A DNA stretch of 63,429 bases, filler included, from Licmophora abbreviata (lineage: Eukaryota): assembly GCA_900291995.1 (NCBI GenBank). It is 17 parts of 17 records of this genome, joined end to end, with 100 filler letters (N's around TTAATTAATTAA, not from the genome) between each part and the next. Parts side by side here need not be neighbours in the genome. Positions count along the whole stretch, not along the records: positions 12,047 to 35,216 come from OLMU01005694.1; 16 more parts are not named here. One strand, given 5' to 3'. This document shows positions 22,629 through 35,316 of the stretch, one piece after another; position 1 is the stretch's first letter, and each line of letters starts with the position of its first letter. Under the pieces are notes generated by a model. That model did not search any database and was not told the DNA's origin. It saw only the letters and a list, made by a program, of their open reading frames with translations. Both the position numbers and the translations under genes were made by a program.

Positions 22629-25590
22629 ATGAAATTCGCCGGGGCTCTTCTGAAAACGATGCTGCTACTTCGGATTTCGCGGGCGTTTGTGGTGCCTCGA
22701 CACGGCATGCTTCATCAGGAGCGAAGAGGCTTCTCGGTACGGACAGCAACGTCCGTTCGCAGATATAGCAGCACGCAAGAAGAAGCTGCTACTTCTACTG
22801 CTTCCACTTCTGTATTTCCGTTCAAAGAAGTCGAACCCAAATGGCAGAAATTTTGGGAAGAGAACAAGACCTTTCAGACACCGACTCGATCACCCGACAA
22901 GCCGAAAAAGTACGTCCTGGACATGTTTCCATATCCTTCGGGAGCGGGACTTCATGTGGGACACCCAGAGGGATATACAGGTGTGTGTTGTGACAAGCGC
23001 GGTGGTGCTTGTCTGAATGCTTTTGGTACCAGACACAGAGTGAGGAACTCTGGTCAACAGTCAAACTAACCGTTGCTCCTCCTTTTTCTAGCCTCCGATG
23101 TCATGGCTCGGTACTATCGAATGAAGGGATACGATGTGTTGCATCCCATTGGTTGGGATTCGTTTGGCTTGCCAGCTGAACAATTTGCCATTCAGACGGG
23201 TGCCCAACCCGCTGACACGACCGCGGCCAACATTGCCAATTTCAAACGTCAACTTAAAATGCTAGGCTTTTCCTACGACTGGGAGCGAGAAATCGCTACC
23301 ACTGACATTGACTATGTAAAATGGACACAATGGATCTTTCTGCAGCTATACAAAAAAGGACTGGCGGAGCAGTCGAGTGTTTCGGTGAATTGGTGTCCCG
23401 CTCTCGGAACAGTCTTGGCCAACGAGGAAGTTATCAATGGCTTGTCGGAGCGAGGAGATCATCCGGTGCAGCGATTGCCGCTGCGTCAATGGGTTCTAAA
23501 GATTACAGACTATGCCGATCGACTTGAGGCCGGACTGAAGGGATTGGACTGGCCGGGGGGCACCTTGACGGCGCAACAGCAGTGGATTGGTAAGAGCGAA
23601 GGATGCAGCATCGACTTTGACGTCGAAGGGATGGATGGCGAGGTGAGAATCGCGAGAGCACAAGAGCGCGCGCGAACATGCACGGGGTTCGCTAAGCAAT
23701 GTTGCTCATAATCTTCATTCTTGTTCCCATCACACATAGAGTATCTCAGTATTTACGACACGCGCCGACACGCTGTTGGGAGTAACATATGTGACTTTGG
23801 CGCCAGAACATCCTCTGGTGAACAGAATTAGCTCGGATGAACAGCGCGAAGAAGTCCAGCAATACGTTCGGGCTACGTCATCGCGATCCGACTTGGATCG
23901 CACGTCTTCCAAAGAGAAGACGGGCGTCTTTACGGGAGGCTATGCACTTCATCCGCTAACGGGAGATAAGGTACCGGTGTGGGTCGGAGACTATGTGTTG
24001 GGATCGTATGGCACGGGAGCCGTCATGGCAGTGCCAGGGCATGATGCACGAGATTACGAATTCGCAGCCAAGTTTGGTTTGGATGTCAAGTGGGTCGTGG
24101 AAGCAAAGGATGGATCGGAATGGAGCGAAGAGGAGGCTTTCACGGAGGAAGGTGTGGCGGTCAATAGTGGAGAATTTGACGGGCTCACGACAGCAGAAGC
24201 TAAAAAGGCGGTCACTCGCAAGCTCGATGACATCGGCAAAGGAGGATCCCAAATAACTTACAAGCTTCGCGATTGGGTCTTTTCGAGGCAGCGCTACTGG
24301 GGAGAGCCGATTCCAATCTATTTTCCCGTTGATTTTCCTGCCGGCGTCGACGCGGAGAGTGTAAATCCTCGAGAGGAAGGCTGCGAACACACAATTCGCT
24401 ACGACCAGCCGATCCCAGTGGAAGAGGCCGACCTTCCTTTGGAGCTGCCCATGATGGAAGATTTTCAGCCCGGTGACGACCCCGCGGGGTGCCTGGCTCG
24501 TGCCAAAGACTGGAGATACTTTCAACAGGACGGACATTGGTTTGCACGTGAAACCAATACCATGCCCCAGTGGGCAGGCTCGTGTTGGTACTACTTTCGT
24601 TTCACGGACACGAAAAACAACGAGGCGGCGTTTGGTAAGCAGGCAGACGAAGACTGGATGCCAGTCGATCTTTATGTTGGCGGTGCAGAACACGCTGTCC
24701 TCCATCTCCTTTACGCTCGTTTCTGGCACCAGGTCCTGTTTGACCTCGGATACACAAAACAACCCGAGCCATTTCATAAGCTGGTGCACCAAGGCATGAT
24801 TCTCGGCAGCGACGGCGAGAAGGTGAGTGATAATGGCAGTAGTACTGTACGTAGTGGACGCTTCTTCTATTGCCAACAACCTCACTGGTGAAATCGATAA
24901 TTGACACTATAGATGTCAAAAAGCAGAGGGAACGTGGTGAACCCCGACGATATTGTGGACAGTCAGGGAGCGGACGCTCTACGCATGTATGAAATGTTCA
25001 TGGGACCTCTCGAGGCTGTCAAGCCATGGCAAACCAGTCAGGTCTCTGGGGTTGTACGGTTCCAGAACAAGGCGTATAGTGTCGTGAATGCTGCTGCCAG
25101 TGCCGAGAACGCCGTCATAGATGACGAAACGACCAAGCTAATGCACAAGACGATGAAGAAAGTGTCAGATGACATCGAGTCGATGGCTTTCAACACGGCA
25201 ATTTCAGCTCTCATGGTGTTCACAAACCACCTGCAATCCCTCAAAGGAAAGGTTCCGAAAGAAGCCGCCGAAAAGCTGGCTCTGATGGTATCTCCGTTTG
25301 CTCCCCATTTGGGCGAGGAGTGCTGGAGTATTCTCGGTCACTCGGAATCATTGGCGTACCATCCATGGGTTGAATACGACGAAGCTCTGTGCGTCGATGA
25401 CACTATCAAGATGGGAGTGCAAGTGAACGGAAAGGCACGAGGTGAAATCGAAGTGGCCAAGGATGCGGATCAGGATACGGCCATGTCACTCGCCATGGAG
25501 CAAGACCGTGTCGCCGCCCAGGTCGACGGAAAGGATATCAAAAAGGTTATCTATGTACCGGGGCGCATTTTGAACATTGTTGCGAAATAG
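22629..25590 (+). CDS. leuS: Leucyl-tRNA synthetase, organellar/bacterial type; introns 22981-23091, 23643-23739, 24823-24912
   Basis: [14 protein letters not shown] (HIGH), [67 protein letters not shown]; presequence with SRAF motif. Confidence 0.97.
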
Positions 25591-25697
25591 GGCTTCTTCC
25601 ATGTTATGAATACAAGACTGTTCTGCCACTAGTAAGTGACCCCGGTTGGAAGTCTTCCTCTCCATGTTCATGGGGCAAGTTGAGAAAGTCGGCATCG

Positions 25698-26696
25698 TCA
25701 CTTCTTTTGTGTGGGAAAGTCGCATGACGCTCCCGACCCGACCATCCTAGAGTAAAAGTAGACTTGTTGCTCGTCGGCATTGTGAACAATATAGTTGCAG
25801 TGGTCGCCTTTCCCGTTCTGCCTCGGCACATTCTTGTAAGCGGATCGATGCTTGGTATCGGTGAGATGCGCCTCGTCGAGAAGGATGACGGATCCTCTTT
25901 CTTTTTCAGGTATCTGCTGAAACGCGGCTTGCAGAGTGATGGGACCCACCAACGCCTTGGAGCCACCGCCAGCTAGTGCAGTCTCCACGGCCTCCGTAAG
26001 GTCTGTATAGTATCGTAGCATATTATCGAGGCTCTGTCTCAGGATAGGGTTCCGAAGCTCACTGGCCAGAAACGACTGAAAAAACACCTCATATTTGAAG
26101 AAAGGGTACCCCCGGACCGTAACGAAGCTTGCAGTGTCTGGGGCAACAAAGGGCTGAATGACCTCAATGTCAATGTCTGAATAGTATCCACCATGAAGAT
26201 AGAGGTGCGAAATGCGACAGATATCTGCCTTGAAGCTCCCGTCCTGCTCTTGGTTAAAGAATTGGACAAGTCCAGGTTGGGTCGCATTGATATCTTCTCG
26301 ACAGGTTTCGTCGTCCAAAAAAGAAACCATGGCATCATCGGACGAGGTCCAATTCCAGACTTTCTGATATGCTTGAACAGTGTGTTCAATGTTGTGGTAA
26401 ATATGCTTAGGCTCCTTCCACTTGAGAATGTCCCACTTGTACGTAAAGACAAGACGGTGTGGAATCTTGCTGCTGCTGCCCAAGGCAGGTCTGCTACGCA
26501 CGCCTCCTGCTGCCGGTTCGGCCGTTCCCGCCGTTCGCGAGAACTTTTGCTGCTGCGAGAACTCCACCGTCGTTTGAAACGAAAAGATTAGCAGGGCAGC
26601 TGATACTGCAAGGACGCAAAAGAGGACATTGGTCCAATCGCGCCACGGCAAGAAACGGCGGCTCTTCATCCTCTTGCGACACAATGTGATCAACAT
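25698..26696 (-). CDS. GT32-like DXD glycosyltransferase, type II membrane protein
   Basis: N-terminal TM helix; KIPHRL; FLDDE; KADICRISHLYLHGGYYSDID; LVGP motif. Confidence 0.85.
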   Translation of the reverse strand: MLITLCRKRMKSRRFLPWRDWTNVLFCVLAVSAALLIFSFQTTVEFSQQQKFSRTAGTAEPAAGGVRSRPALGSSSKIPHRLVFTYKWDILKWKEPKHIYHNIEHTVQAYQKVWNWTSSDDAMVSFLDDETCREDINATQPGLVQFFNQEQDGSFKADICRISHLYLHGGYYSDIDIEVIQPFVAPDTASFVTVRGYPFFKYEVFFQSFLASELRNPILRQSLDNMLRYYTDLTEAVETALAGGGSKALVGPITLQAAFQQIPEKERGSVILLDEAHLTDTKHRSAYKNVPRQNGKGDHCNYIVHNADEQQVYFYSRMVGSGASCDFPTQKK

Positions 26697-27031
26697 GGTC
26701 TAACGGTACTACTAAGTAGTATTTCGCGGAGACTAGACGTTTCTGGAGGTCGGTCTTTGCGAACACCGGACAATAATATGTGCGCTTCGATGAGACGTTA
26801 GTTTGATCGGCGTTTCTCCAAGACGGCCCCGGGGATCCAGGAAAGCGTCCGCGAGAGGCATTCATCGTTCCAGATCAATCATTGAGATGAGCAGGAGGAC
26901 GACCCCAGGCTAGATCTCAGATCTCGACCGCTCTAATTTCAAACTGCGATTTGTAGCTTCTAATGTTCGTATCGATGGTCTATCATATTCGATTATAGCA
27001 CATGTCGTCGTCTCTCCAAAGTGAGAGAACG

Positions 27032-29106
27032 CTACAGTTCCGGAACTAGGAGTAGGATGAGACCCTTGGCTTCGTCCTTCTTTGCACCGTCCGCTTCTAT
27101 CAAAGCGAAATTCACAAGCGCACCCAAGAGAGCATCGTGTTCCGCCATGGGTCTTCGGTATGATTCCTGTTCTGCCAACCCTTTGATTACCAGCAACGCA
27201 TCAGTCCTCGAATCTTCAAAGTCAGGACCGACAGCCAATAAGAGAGACGCCAGTATATTGAGCACTGGGGAGCTAGTCAGCTTGTCTTGACACTTCGACT
27301 CTGCATATAGACTCGCCAGGAACCGACCGACGGAGCTATGAGCGTTTGTATCTCTTGATTGATTCGTGACATTCTCCAAGCTTGCTAGAAACGTGGGCGT
27401 CAGCTTGATGGCAGCCAGTGTCAGCTCGCTCTGCCGGCTGGTACACAATGATAATGCTCTTAATGCCGCCATCGCGACCTTCAAATCTGACGCCGATCGC
27501 TCCATTGTTTCCATCAGTGCAAGAGTGACAATATCTCCCACAACCTCGACGGCTTGCCAATCGGACGCAACGTGACCCAAACACTCGCACGCTTGAATTC
27601 TCGTTGCAGAGTCGACATCATGTCCAGCCACATTGGCACAAAAGTGAATCAAGGACGCTTGCTGTCGCCATGCCTGTGCCGCATCGCCGCCAATCATGCA
27701 TCGCAATGTTCGCATCGCACGGCGTCGACAGTCGGCGTCATCCGATTTCGCGCCACGCTGGAGAGCTTCTAGCAACCCCTCCTGATGCACTAGTTTTTCT
27801 TGGTTGTCTGTCAGCGTCGCCATGTTGCCAATGGCACTGACGGCACTTCGGCGTGTTTTCGCGGTCGCATCTTCGTCTGCGATAAAGTATTGCAACAAGC
27901 TCAGCAAGGATGCATCACTCGCCATGCTTACACTCACACTCGGAGAGAGGGCAAGATTCCACAGGATACTTGAAACATATTCCCGTACTTTTGAAGAGGC
28001 CGTCAAGCTATCCCGACCGACATGACAAAGAGGCATGAGCCACCCTTCTGTTTCAAACAGAACATGCTTGTCTTCGTCGTTCATGCGAAACGTCAAATCT
28101 TTCCATACACCCAGTATCTCCAGTTTCAGTTGGTCCTCTGAGAGCGCTCCATCCATTCTTTGCCGAACGCCAATGTCCTGTAGATTTTCCAAACTCCACA
28201 GCAGCTTGACCAGCGCTTGTATCAGCGCCGTGCATTGTGCCAGGGCAGACTTGACAGGATCCAATTTCGCCAACACGCGCAATATTCGCAGGGTCTCATA
28301 AATCGCCGCCGATCGATGTTGCGATTGTGATGCACCCCGAAAGACCTGAACAATTAGCGGGAGTAGTTCTCTAGCTCCCAAAGACTGGAACGCACCGACA
28401 CGCCGATCCACGCTGCACCCGCTCCAGAGATGATGCAAGGCTCGCGTGAGTAGCGCGATTTCCTCGTAGCTATCCACATGACTACTCTCCCGCAACAAAA
28501 GACAGTACCCCAGCTTGACAACCAGCGCATTCAAGCCCCCCAGATCCACTTCATAGTTGTGTAGCTCTTGGTTGCTGTGTGAGAAGGCGTGACACGCAGT
28601 TTGAAGTGCTAATACGCGTTGCGACCTCGTCGCCGCGTGATTGATGTCTGAGAAGTACATACAATATACCAAAAATGAAATGAGAGAGGAGATTATTTGA
28701 GGAGCGAACAATCACTCCAACACAAGCCTCGAGACAAGTACAGGACTACAAGACAAGCATCAAACGTACCGTCTATGATTTTCTTGGCCGAGATGGCACC
28801 GATGGCTTCTTGCGATGCGGGCACCGCCTGCGAGTTCACAACGGGAGGAACCACCCTTCGAAAAACTGAAGATCGATCCTGTTGAGCCTCTTGAAACTGC
28901 TTCTTCTGACGGAACGATGATCCATGCGCTTGTTCGGCGTGCCGTTGTGGATGGTGATGCGTCGCAGACTCACGATATAGATTCAAGTGAGGATGATTGC
29001 TTTGAGGAAGAGTCGGCAGCCCGCGTTGTCGACTGTCCATCTCAAGTTGCGGTGGAAGCGGTGGTAGGGACATGTCGATGCGGTCGTAGTGACGAGAGCG
29101 TTGCAT
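27032..29106 (-). CDS. Armadillo-repeat protein; intron 28648-28769
   Basis: GTACGT...CAG joins ORFs 28693-29106 and 27032-28711 in frame (IIDD-INH); ARM-like helical repeats (SSILWNLA, AVSAIGNMA..DNQEKLV, ALVNFA). Confidence 0.7.
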
Positions 29107-29754
29107 CAGTCTTTAGCGTTAGAATGACCACAAAGAGAGCATGCACATGAAAGTCGCACAGCCAAACTTCTAATTTGGATGTCCAGAATGCAAAACAGAA
29201 GCCTCGTTCGATGCTCGACTCAATCTACTGTATATCCTCTGGTGCAGCCTCGTTGTCTGACACTCCTACTGCAGCAGCTCGTCTCTATAGTAGAGGAACG
29301 ACAATCGCCGACCCCTGAAAGACTGTGTCGCTAGTTAAGTTGGGGTCATCTCATCACGCATCACATAATCACACACACAAACATCGCCGCAAAAGCCAGT
29401 TCAAATTTGGAGTTCGTTGGGTGTTCGGGAAATTGATCAATACGGCGAATGTTGTGTACAATTCTACAGGAAGTGTGAATGACCCTAACTTTTAGAATCT
29501 ATCTTGATAGAACGAGATCTGCAGACCATTCTACTCGACTCGACTCACTCGTGACGCGACTCAAGTCCACTCGTGACTCACTCGAGTCAATTTCGAAGAC
29601 AACAAAAGTGAGATTGTTTCTTGGTTTGTTCACGTATAGTAGCTCCTCATGATGAAGCATGTTTCTGTTTGTGTCTACTCTAGCTCGGAGGCAGCCTATT
29701 CGTACCGCAGGACCAGTGAAAACTCCTTTCCTTTTCCTTAGAATCGACAGTGTT

Positions 29755-31431
29755 ATGAAACGACTGTCCCATCGCTTCGCTTTTGCTGCCACAGCCTGGA
29801 GCTTCGAGAGGACGACGCAGGCTGCCTTTCTGCCACCCTCTCATCGCCATCTCGACTGCGGCCGCTCCTTGTTCTACCCTTTATCACTGCGTCACTTTTC
29901 CACTTCCTCGACGACAGCTTCCAGCTCATCGTTCGAACGCACTCCAGAAGAAGAAAGCATGACTCAAGATTCGCTCGCCATACTGACGGCCGCCATTGAT
30001 GCCGTCGACCCGTATCGGGCCGTGAAGAGGCACGTCGTAGTGTCGAGCGTAGCCGAAGACACACTGCAGATACTTCAAGACGACACCACGGTATACAATT
30101 TCGACATGAACGACTTTGATACAGTCCTCATTCTTTCGTTCGGGAAAGCCTCCAGTCGCATGGCACAAGCTGTGGTGGAACAAGTCTCTGCTACCCTTAC
30201 ACCCACCACCACCAATTCCAAGACTCCTGCCATTGAAGGCGTCGTGGTGGCCAAGGATGATCATGTGGGAGAGCAAGAGCGAAAGGTTCTCGCAAAAATT
30301 CCATCCATTCACATTCTAGAAGCCTCTCATCCCGTCCCAGATGAACGCAGCGTGCAAGGCGCCGCGAGAATCCTCGACTTGGCACGAGCACATGCAGACC
30401 CACGAACTCTTGTCATCACGTGCATTAGCGGCGGCGGTTCGGCACTCTGTTGTCATCCCAAACCTCCCCTTACGCTCCAAGACTTGCAGGTCACTAATTC
30501 TCTGTTGTTAGCCAGCGGCATGTCGATTGATGACATGAATGTCATTCGAAAGAGACTTGAAGATGTCAAAGGAGGGCAATTAGCCATTGAGTGCTTTCCG
30601 TCGACGCTCATTACACTAGTATTGAGTGATGTTTTGGGAGATCCATTGGATCTGATTGCCAGTGGACCGACTGTACCTGATACGAGCTGTGTACAGGATG
30701 TTTGGGACCTGATTGAGCGTTATGAACTGGGGAAGACGTTACCCGAACGTGTCATTCAACTTTTGCAGCTAGCGTTGAAAGGGAACTCGGAGGACACGCC
30801 ATCGCCAGCTCATCCTGCATTCCAAACCTCCAAGAATCCGGTTGTGCTCGTGGGAAACAATGAACGAGCAGTGCTGGCAGCGGCAGATGAAGCCACCGAA
30901 CGTGGATATAATACGGTTGTTCTGGGGACGCGGATCGAGGGGGAAGCACGAGAAGTGGCAGGCGTTTACGCGGCCATGGCACAGCATTTGAATCAACTGC
31001 GAGATGCCGCTAAGTCACCTTATGCCATGACGTCCCTTCCTGCTGCGCTGATCGGAGGTGGCGAAACGACTGTAACCTTGTCGACGACTAGTGGTAGTAG
31101 CAGCGACAGCATCGGCAAAGGAGGCCGGAATCAAGAATTGGCGCTGGTGGCGGCTCAAAAGCTGCAGTCGCTCGCGTTGCGTAATGTCGTCGTGGCCAGC
31201 GTCGGTACGGACGGTACAGATGGACCCACAGATGCGGCCGGGGCCGTTGTGGACGGTGGCACTATTCGTAGACTGGACGCACTAGGCGACTACACGAGTG
31301 ACGAAGCACTGCAACGACACGATGCCTACACCTATTTGAAGCAAACCGAAGCGGATGGGAACTGCCCGTTGATTGTCACCGGACCGACCGGCACCAATGT
31401 AGCAGATGTTTGTGTCGTACTGGTAAGGTAG
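29755..31431 (+). CDS. GLYCTK: Glycerate kinase, type 2 (MOFRL/DUF4147 family), organelle-targeted
   Basis: SFGKAS, EASHPVPD, ISGGGSAL, KGGQLA, LSDVLGDPLDLIASGPT, GGETTV, GKGGRNQE, GTDGTDGPTDAAGA, TGPTGTNVAD. ORF opens at 29659; start uncertain. Confidence 0.95.
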   Translation: MKRLSHRFAFAATAWSFERTTQAAFLPPSHRHLDCGRSLFYPLSLRHFSTSSTTASSSSFERTPEEESMTQDSLAILTAAIDAVDPYRAVKRHVVVSSVAEDTLQILQDDTTVYNFDMNDFDTVLILSFGKASSRMAQAVVEQVSATLTPTTTNSKTPAIEGVVVAKDDHVGEQERKVLAKIPSIHILEASHPVPDERSVQGAARILDLARAHADPRTLVITCISGGGSALCCHPKPPLTLQDLQVTNSLLLASGMSIDDMNVIRKRLEDVKGGQLAIECFPSTLITLVLSDVLGDPLDLIASGPTVPDTSCVQDVWDLIERYELGKTLPERVIQLLQLALKGNSEDTPSPAHPAFQTSKNPVVLVGNNERAVLAAADEATERGYNTVVLGTRIEGEAREVAGVYAAMAQHLNQLRDAAKSPYAMTSLPAALIGGGETTVTLSTTSGSSSDSIGKGGRNQELALVAAQKLQSLALRNVVVASVGTDGTDGPTDAAGAVVDGGTIRRLDALGDYTSDEALQRHDAYTYLKQTEADGNCPLIVTGPTGTNVADVCVVLVR

Positions 31432-31481
31432 CACTTGGCTGGTGGTGTCAGGACGACTCTCTAGACCAGACTAAAAGTAAA

Positions 31482-34052
31482 TTAGCTACTGCATGCCGGT
31501 GCGGCTTCTTCCGCCTCTTTCAGAGACTTAAGTTTGCTCATCATGCCTTCCTTCTCGACCCTGGCTACGAGACAATTTACGCTATCGCCTCGACACCTCC
31601 ACATGACGAGAATCATCTTTCGGAAAATATTTTTCTCGAAGCCACTCAGTATGACGACAAACGAGCCTTGTTCGAATGCACGAATCGATGCAGCAAGCTC
31701 ATTTGTCATGGATTTGATGGGAATGCCTCCGTCACCCAAGCAGACCACAAAGTCTTCGCGATTCGCCACGACTTTGCGCTTCGTCATGTGCGGGACGAGA
31801 AACTGTATGCCTTCTTGAGTTACTCTGTAGCGCACCGCACAGTCTCTACTGTTGCGTTCAAACCCCTTGAGGCCGGTATTGACAATAGCAACTCGATTTT
31901 GAATACCCCGATCCATGAAGGCCTTGACCGGCTTGCCGACAAAGTAGAGGACCTTTGATTCACTACTCACCCGTACCATGTACTGTTCACGGGGAAATGC
32001 CTCCGACAAGCCATAAAACTCTACCAGCGGCTCCCACAAGCTATCTTCGATTGGCATGAAACTTTCACTTGCTATTTCGCGACCACTTTTTCCTCTCACA
32101 AGACCAGATGGCTGTTGATTCTTAGCGAGCATTTTGGGGTCAGGAGACAGTGGAGACTCGGTAGACTGGTCCTCCGTTTCGACGGCGTCCATTTCGACGG
32201 CGCTCATCTTCTCATCTTCGACGGCAGCATTTTTCTCGGCCATAACAATGGGTGAGTCTTCTCTGACCTTAGCACGTTTCGAGATCGGTTCGTCGGCCGC
32301 GTCTTCAAGCTCACCCGCCAACCGTGCCGCCTCCGCTTTGGCCCTAGCGCTCATGGGAGCGACCTTCCGTAACAACGCTACAAAGAAGCCACCCGAGTCC
32401 ATGTCTTGTGGAAGGCAGCGAATACATTTGTTCAGTCCGAATCGCTCAGCGTCTTGAGCCGTAGGCGGGAAGCAGGACTCTCGAATGCGACGCCGCAGGT
32501 TCTCAGGAACATCCTCGAACGACTTATATTCGACAAGATCTTCTTTCTCTGCTCGAGATTTCAAGGTGGCTTCGTCCCATGCAAACGGATCATCATCGTT
32601 GCAATCATTTGACTTTGTACAGTCTTCCTTTTCAGACACAGAGCTCGTCTCCATTTTGTCGTCGCAAGCGGTGTCGTTTTGCTCCTCGGAGTCCTTGTCT
32701 TTTTCCAAGTCATCACTACCCTCAACAGCTTCTCCATTTTGCTTTGCTTCCCACTCACGTCGACGCTGCTTCATTTTGTCGTTGTTTTTCTTTTTCTGGT
32801 TCTTGATTTCACGTTTGGACTTTTGTTCACACATGACACGCCACGTCGACCAACCGGGACGAGCCACGAGACCCTCCAAGTCACCTCTCTTTTCGACCAA
32901 CTCGAGCGCCCCATCCGTCGCCCGCAGCAGTTCCGCCACGACAGCTTCGTTCTCCACTGGATTCAAAGCGCACGTTGAATAACAAAGATATCCTCCGACT
33001 TTGCACAAACGCGCCCCATTCAAGGCAATACTGAGCTGCAGAGGATGAAGCCCGTAGCTCCCGAGGACACTCCATTTCCACCACACTCCCGGATTCTTGC
33101 GAGCCGTGCCATCCCCAGAACATGGAACGTCGGCCAAAACGCGATCAAACAAGCCTTCTTGCTTATCCTGCGGAGTCTTGAGCATGGGAAAGAACTGTCC
33201 ATTGCACGACGTCACAAGGTGCGATGCACTGTTGATGCGCCTGAGTTGAAACACCAACATGTACGCACGCTTGGGATCAGCATCATTCGCCACGACACAG
33301 CCACGCGGTTCTAAATCGCCAGGTGTACTGGGCTGCGACACAATTTCCAGCAGCTGCGACGTCTTGCTGCCGGGTGCAGCGCACATGTCCAGCACGGCGT
33401 GATGCGGTTCGACGCCCAGAACAACGGGCGGAATCATAGAAACGGTTTCTTGGCGCGTAATGAACCCGGCGCTCGTTTTCGCTTTCAACCAGTCATGGAA
33501 TGTTTGCAATCGTTCATTGCGTCTAATGGTACGGCGATCCAAAGATAGCTGGTATGCATGAGGAATGAACGGAATGCGTTTGGCGGGAGCAATTCGTTTG
33601 GTGATCAGCATCTGCGACGATGGGTCTTGGTCTTGCCCCTCCTCAGAAATAGCATCAGGCTTTCGCCTTCCGCCATGTGGATCAACCTGAATTTCCATTT
33701 CCGTCCCAACAAACTTGTCCAATTCTTGTTCCAGGTGCTCTCGCACACTCGGATCCACATCGGTGCCAATCCAAAATGACGCCGGAAGAATCGACATCAT
33801 GGCCGTCTTCCACTTTAGCCGCTCCTCTTCTTTCTCCTCGCTACTCGTACATGGCTGCAGCTGACCAGTTGTCGAGTTCCACTTATTGTCGTGCAGTCCT
33901 TGCAGAGCATAGTAGACTTCCATCTTTCTGTTGCCCTGCGGCATGGGCTTGAACCCTTCCTGCCGGCCGCGCTTTTCTGTGTCATTCTGTGCCTTTTTCG
34001 CGGCACGAAGCTCTGCCTTCTGCTTTTTGCGAGCTCCCCAGCGGCGTCCCAT
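31482..34052 (-). CDS. NSUN2: tRNA (cytosine-5)-methyltransferase NSUN2/Trm4
   Basis: RQETVSMIPP, VLDMCAAPGSKT, FDRVLADVPCSGDGT, YSTCALNPVENEAVV, QDMDSGGFFVA. Confidence 0.95.
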   Translation of the reverse strand: MGRRWGARKKQKAELRAAKKAQNDTEKRGRQEGFKPMPQGNRKMEVYYALQGLHDNKWNSTTGQLQPCTSSEEKEEERLKWKTAMMSILPASFWIGTDVDPSVREHLEQELDKFVGTEMEIQVDPHGGRRKPDAISEEGQDQDPSSQMLITKRIAPAKRIPFIPHAYQLSLDRRTIRRNERLQTFHDWLKAKTSAGFITRQETVSMIPPVVLGVEPHHAVLDMCAAPGSKTSQLLEIVSQPSTPGDLEPRGCVVANDADPKRAYMLVFQLRRINSASHLVTSCNGQFFPMLKTPQDKQEGLFDRVLADVPCSGDGTARKNPGVWWKWSVLGSYGLHPLQLSIALNGARLCKVGGYLCYSTCALNPVENEAVVAELLRATDGALELVEKRGDLEGLVARPGWSTWRVMCEQKSKREIKNQKKKNNDKMKQRRREWEAKQNGEAVEGSDDLEKDKDSEEQNDTACDDKMETSSVSEKEDCTKSNDCNDDDPFAWDEATLKSRAEKEDLVEYKSFEDVPENLRRRIRESCFPPTAQDAERFGLNKCIRCLPQDMDSGGFFVALLRKVAPMSARAKAEAARLAGELEDAADEPISKRAKVREDSPIVMAEKNAAVEDEKMSAVEMDAVETEDQSTESPLSPDPKMLAKNQQPSGLVRGKSGREIASESFMPIEDSLWEPLVEFYGLSEAFPREQYMVRVSSESKVLYFVGKPVKAFMDRGIQNRVAIVNTGLKGFERNSRDCAVRYRVTQEGIQFLVPHMTKRKVVANREDFVVCLGDGGIPIKSMTNELAASIRAFEQGSFVVILSGFEKNIFRKMILVMWRCRGDSVNCLVARVEKEGMMSKLKSLKEAEEAAPACSS

Positions 34053-34435
34053 GGTAGCGATGCTAGTGAAACGAGAGAGAAAATTGCAACTTTCAAAACA
34101 AACGAACCACTCTGAGCGATGGACAGTTCAGTCGTCTGGTTGTGAGTGTGTTGCTTTCGAAATTGTTAAGGGAAAATGGATGGTCCTCAGGACTCGTGAC
34201 TTGACTGAGTCAAGACGTATCCACGACTCATTCCAGATCTGGGTCCCGCCTGGATTCTGCGTAGAAAGCGCGTACATTTCAGTACAATTCGCCAATCAAT
34301 GTTCCGTCAACGCAAAACAAAACACAAAGCAAGACCAAGAAGCTCCTTGCCCCAGTTTCAAGTTGCGAAAGACGTTCCTGCTCTTGCTTTACTTCTTCTT
34401 TTTCCTTCATCAGATCAGAATCCTCCTTCTACACC

Positions 34436-35109
34436 ATGTCTTCTTTCGCTCAACAAGCCGCAAAGGCCATTCCGGCCGAAGTGCACATGATTTCTGGCTC
34501 ACACGACGCCCAAACGTCTGCCGACGTTTCGAACGTGAACGCCTTTCAGCTGCCGGACCCCAAAGGCCGTGCCGGCGGTGCCTGTACCTCTGCTATTTTA
34601 AAAGTGCTGTACAAAGATCATCACCAACCGTCGCAGCAACTCTCGTGGGTCAGCGTGTTGCGCCAGATGCGATCGGTACTGCGTGGCATGGGGTACGATC
34701 AGATTCCGCAGCTTACCAGCAGTCGATTGATTGACGTGCAAAAACCAATGTGGATCGTACCTCCGAATTTTCATGGAGCGCGTCGCGCAGTCTTGATCGG
34801 AATCAATTATAAAGGTCAACAGGGACAGTTGAGTGGCTGTCACAATGATGTCAAGGTGTGTATGTGCGTGTACGAGAGAGACCGGTTCTTGGTGTTGTCT
34901 TTTACTCACGGCTCGTCACATTGGGTGTTTCATGGTGCAGAACATCAAACAGTATCTCTTAGACGTCCAAGGCTTTCGGGAATCAGACATGTTGATTCTC
35001 ATGGACGATGGACAGCACCACAATCCAACCTCTGCCAACATTATCAATGCTTTTCAGCGTGTGACACAGTACAGTAAAGCTGGCGATGTTGTCTTCGTCC
35101 ACTACTCGG
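34436..35109 (+). CDS. Type III metacaspase (p10 before p20), 5' exons 34436-34855 and 34941-35109; remainder lost in gap
   Basis: p10: [28 protein letters not shown]. p20: [28 protein letters not shown] followed by a GTAAGT donor. Confidence 0.92.
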
Positions 35110-35316
35110 GTAAGTTGAGTCTTGCAGGATTGAAAGAATGAGAGCTTATCGTTCATGCTTCTATGCTACGGAAGTTGCCTCCCAACTTTTGCCTTACTAT
35201 ATTATTTATATATATGNNNNNNNNNNNNNNNNNNNNNNNNNNNNNNNNNNNNNNNNNNNNTTAATTAATTAANNNNNNNNNNNNNNNNNNNNNNNNNNNN
35301 NNNNNNNNNNNNNNNN

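Noticed and set aside
33931..34734. 267-aa ORF bridging NSUN2 and metacaspase 1
   Set aside because: Overlaps two real genes out of frame or antisense and crosses their promoter.
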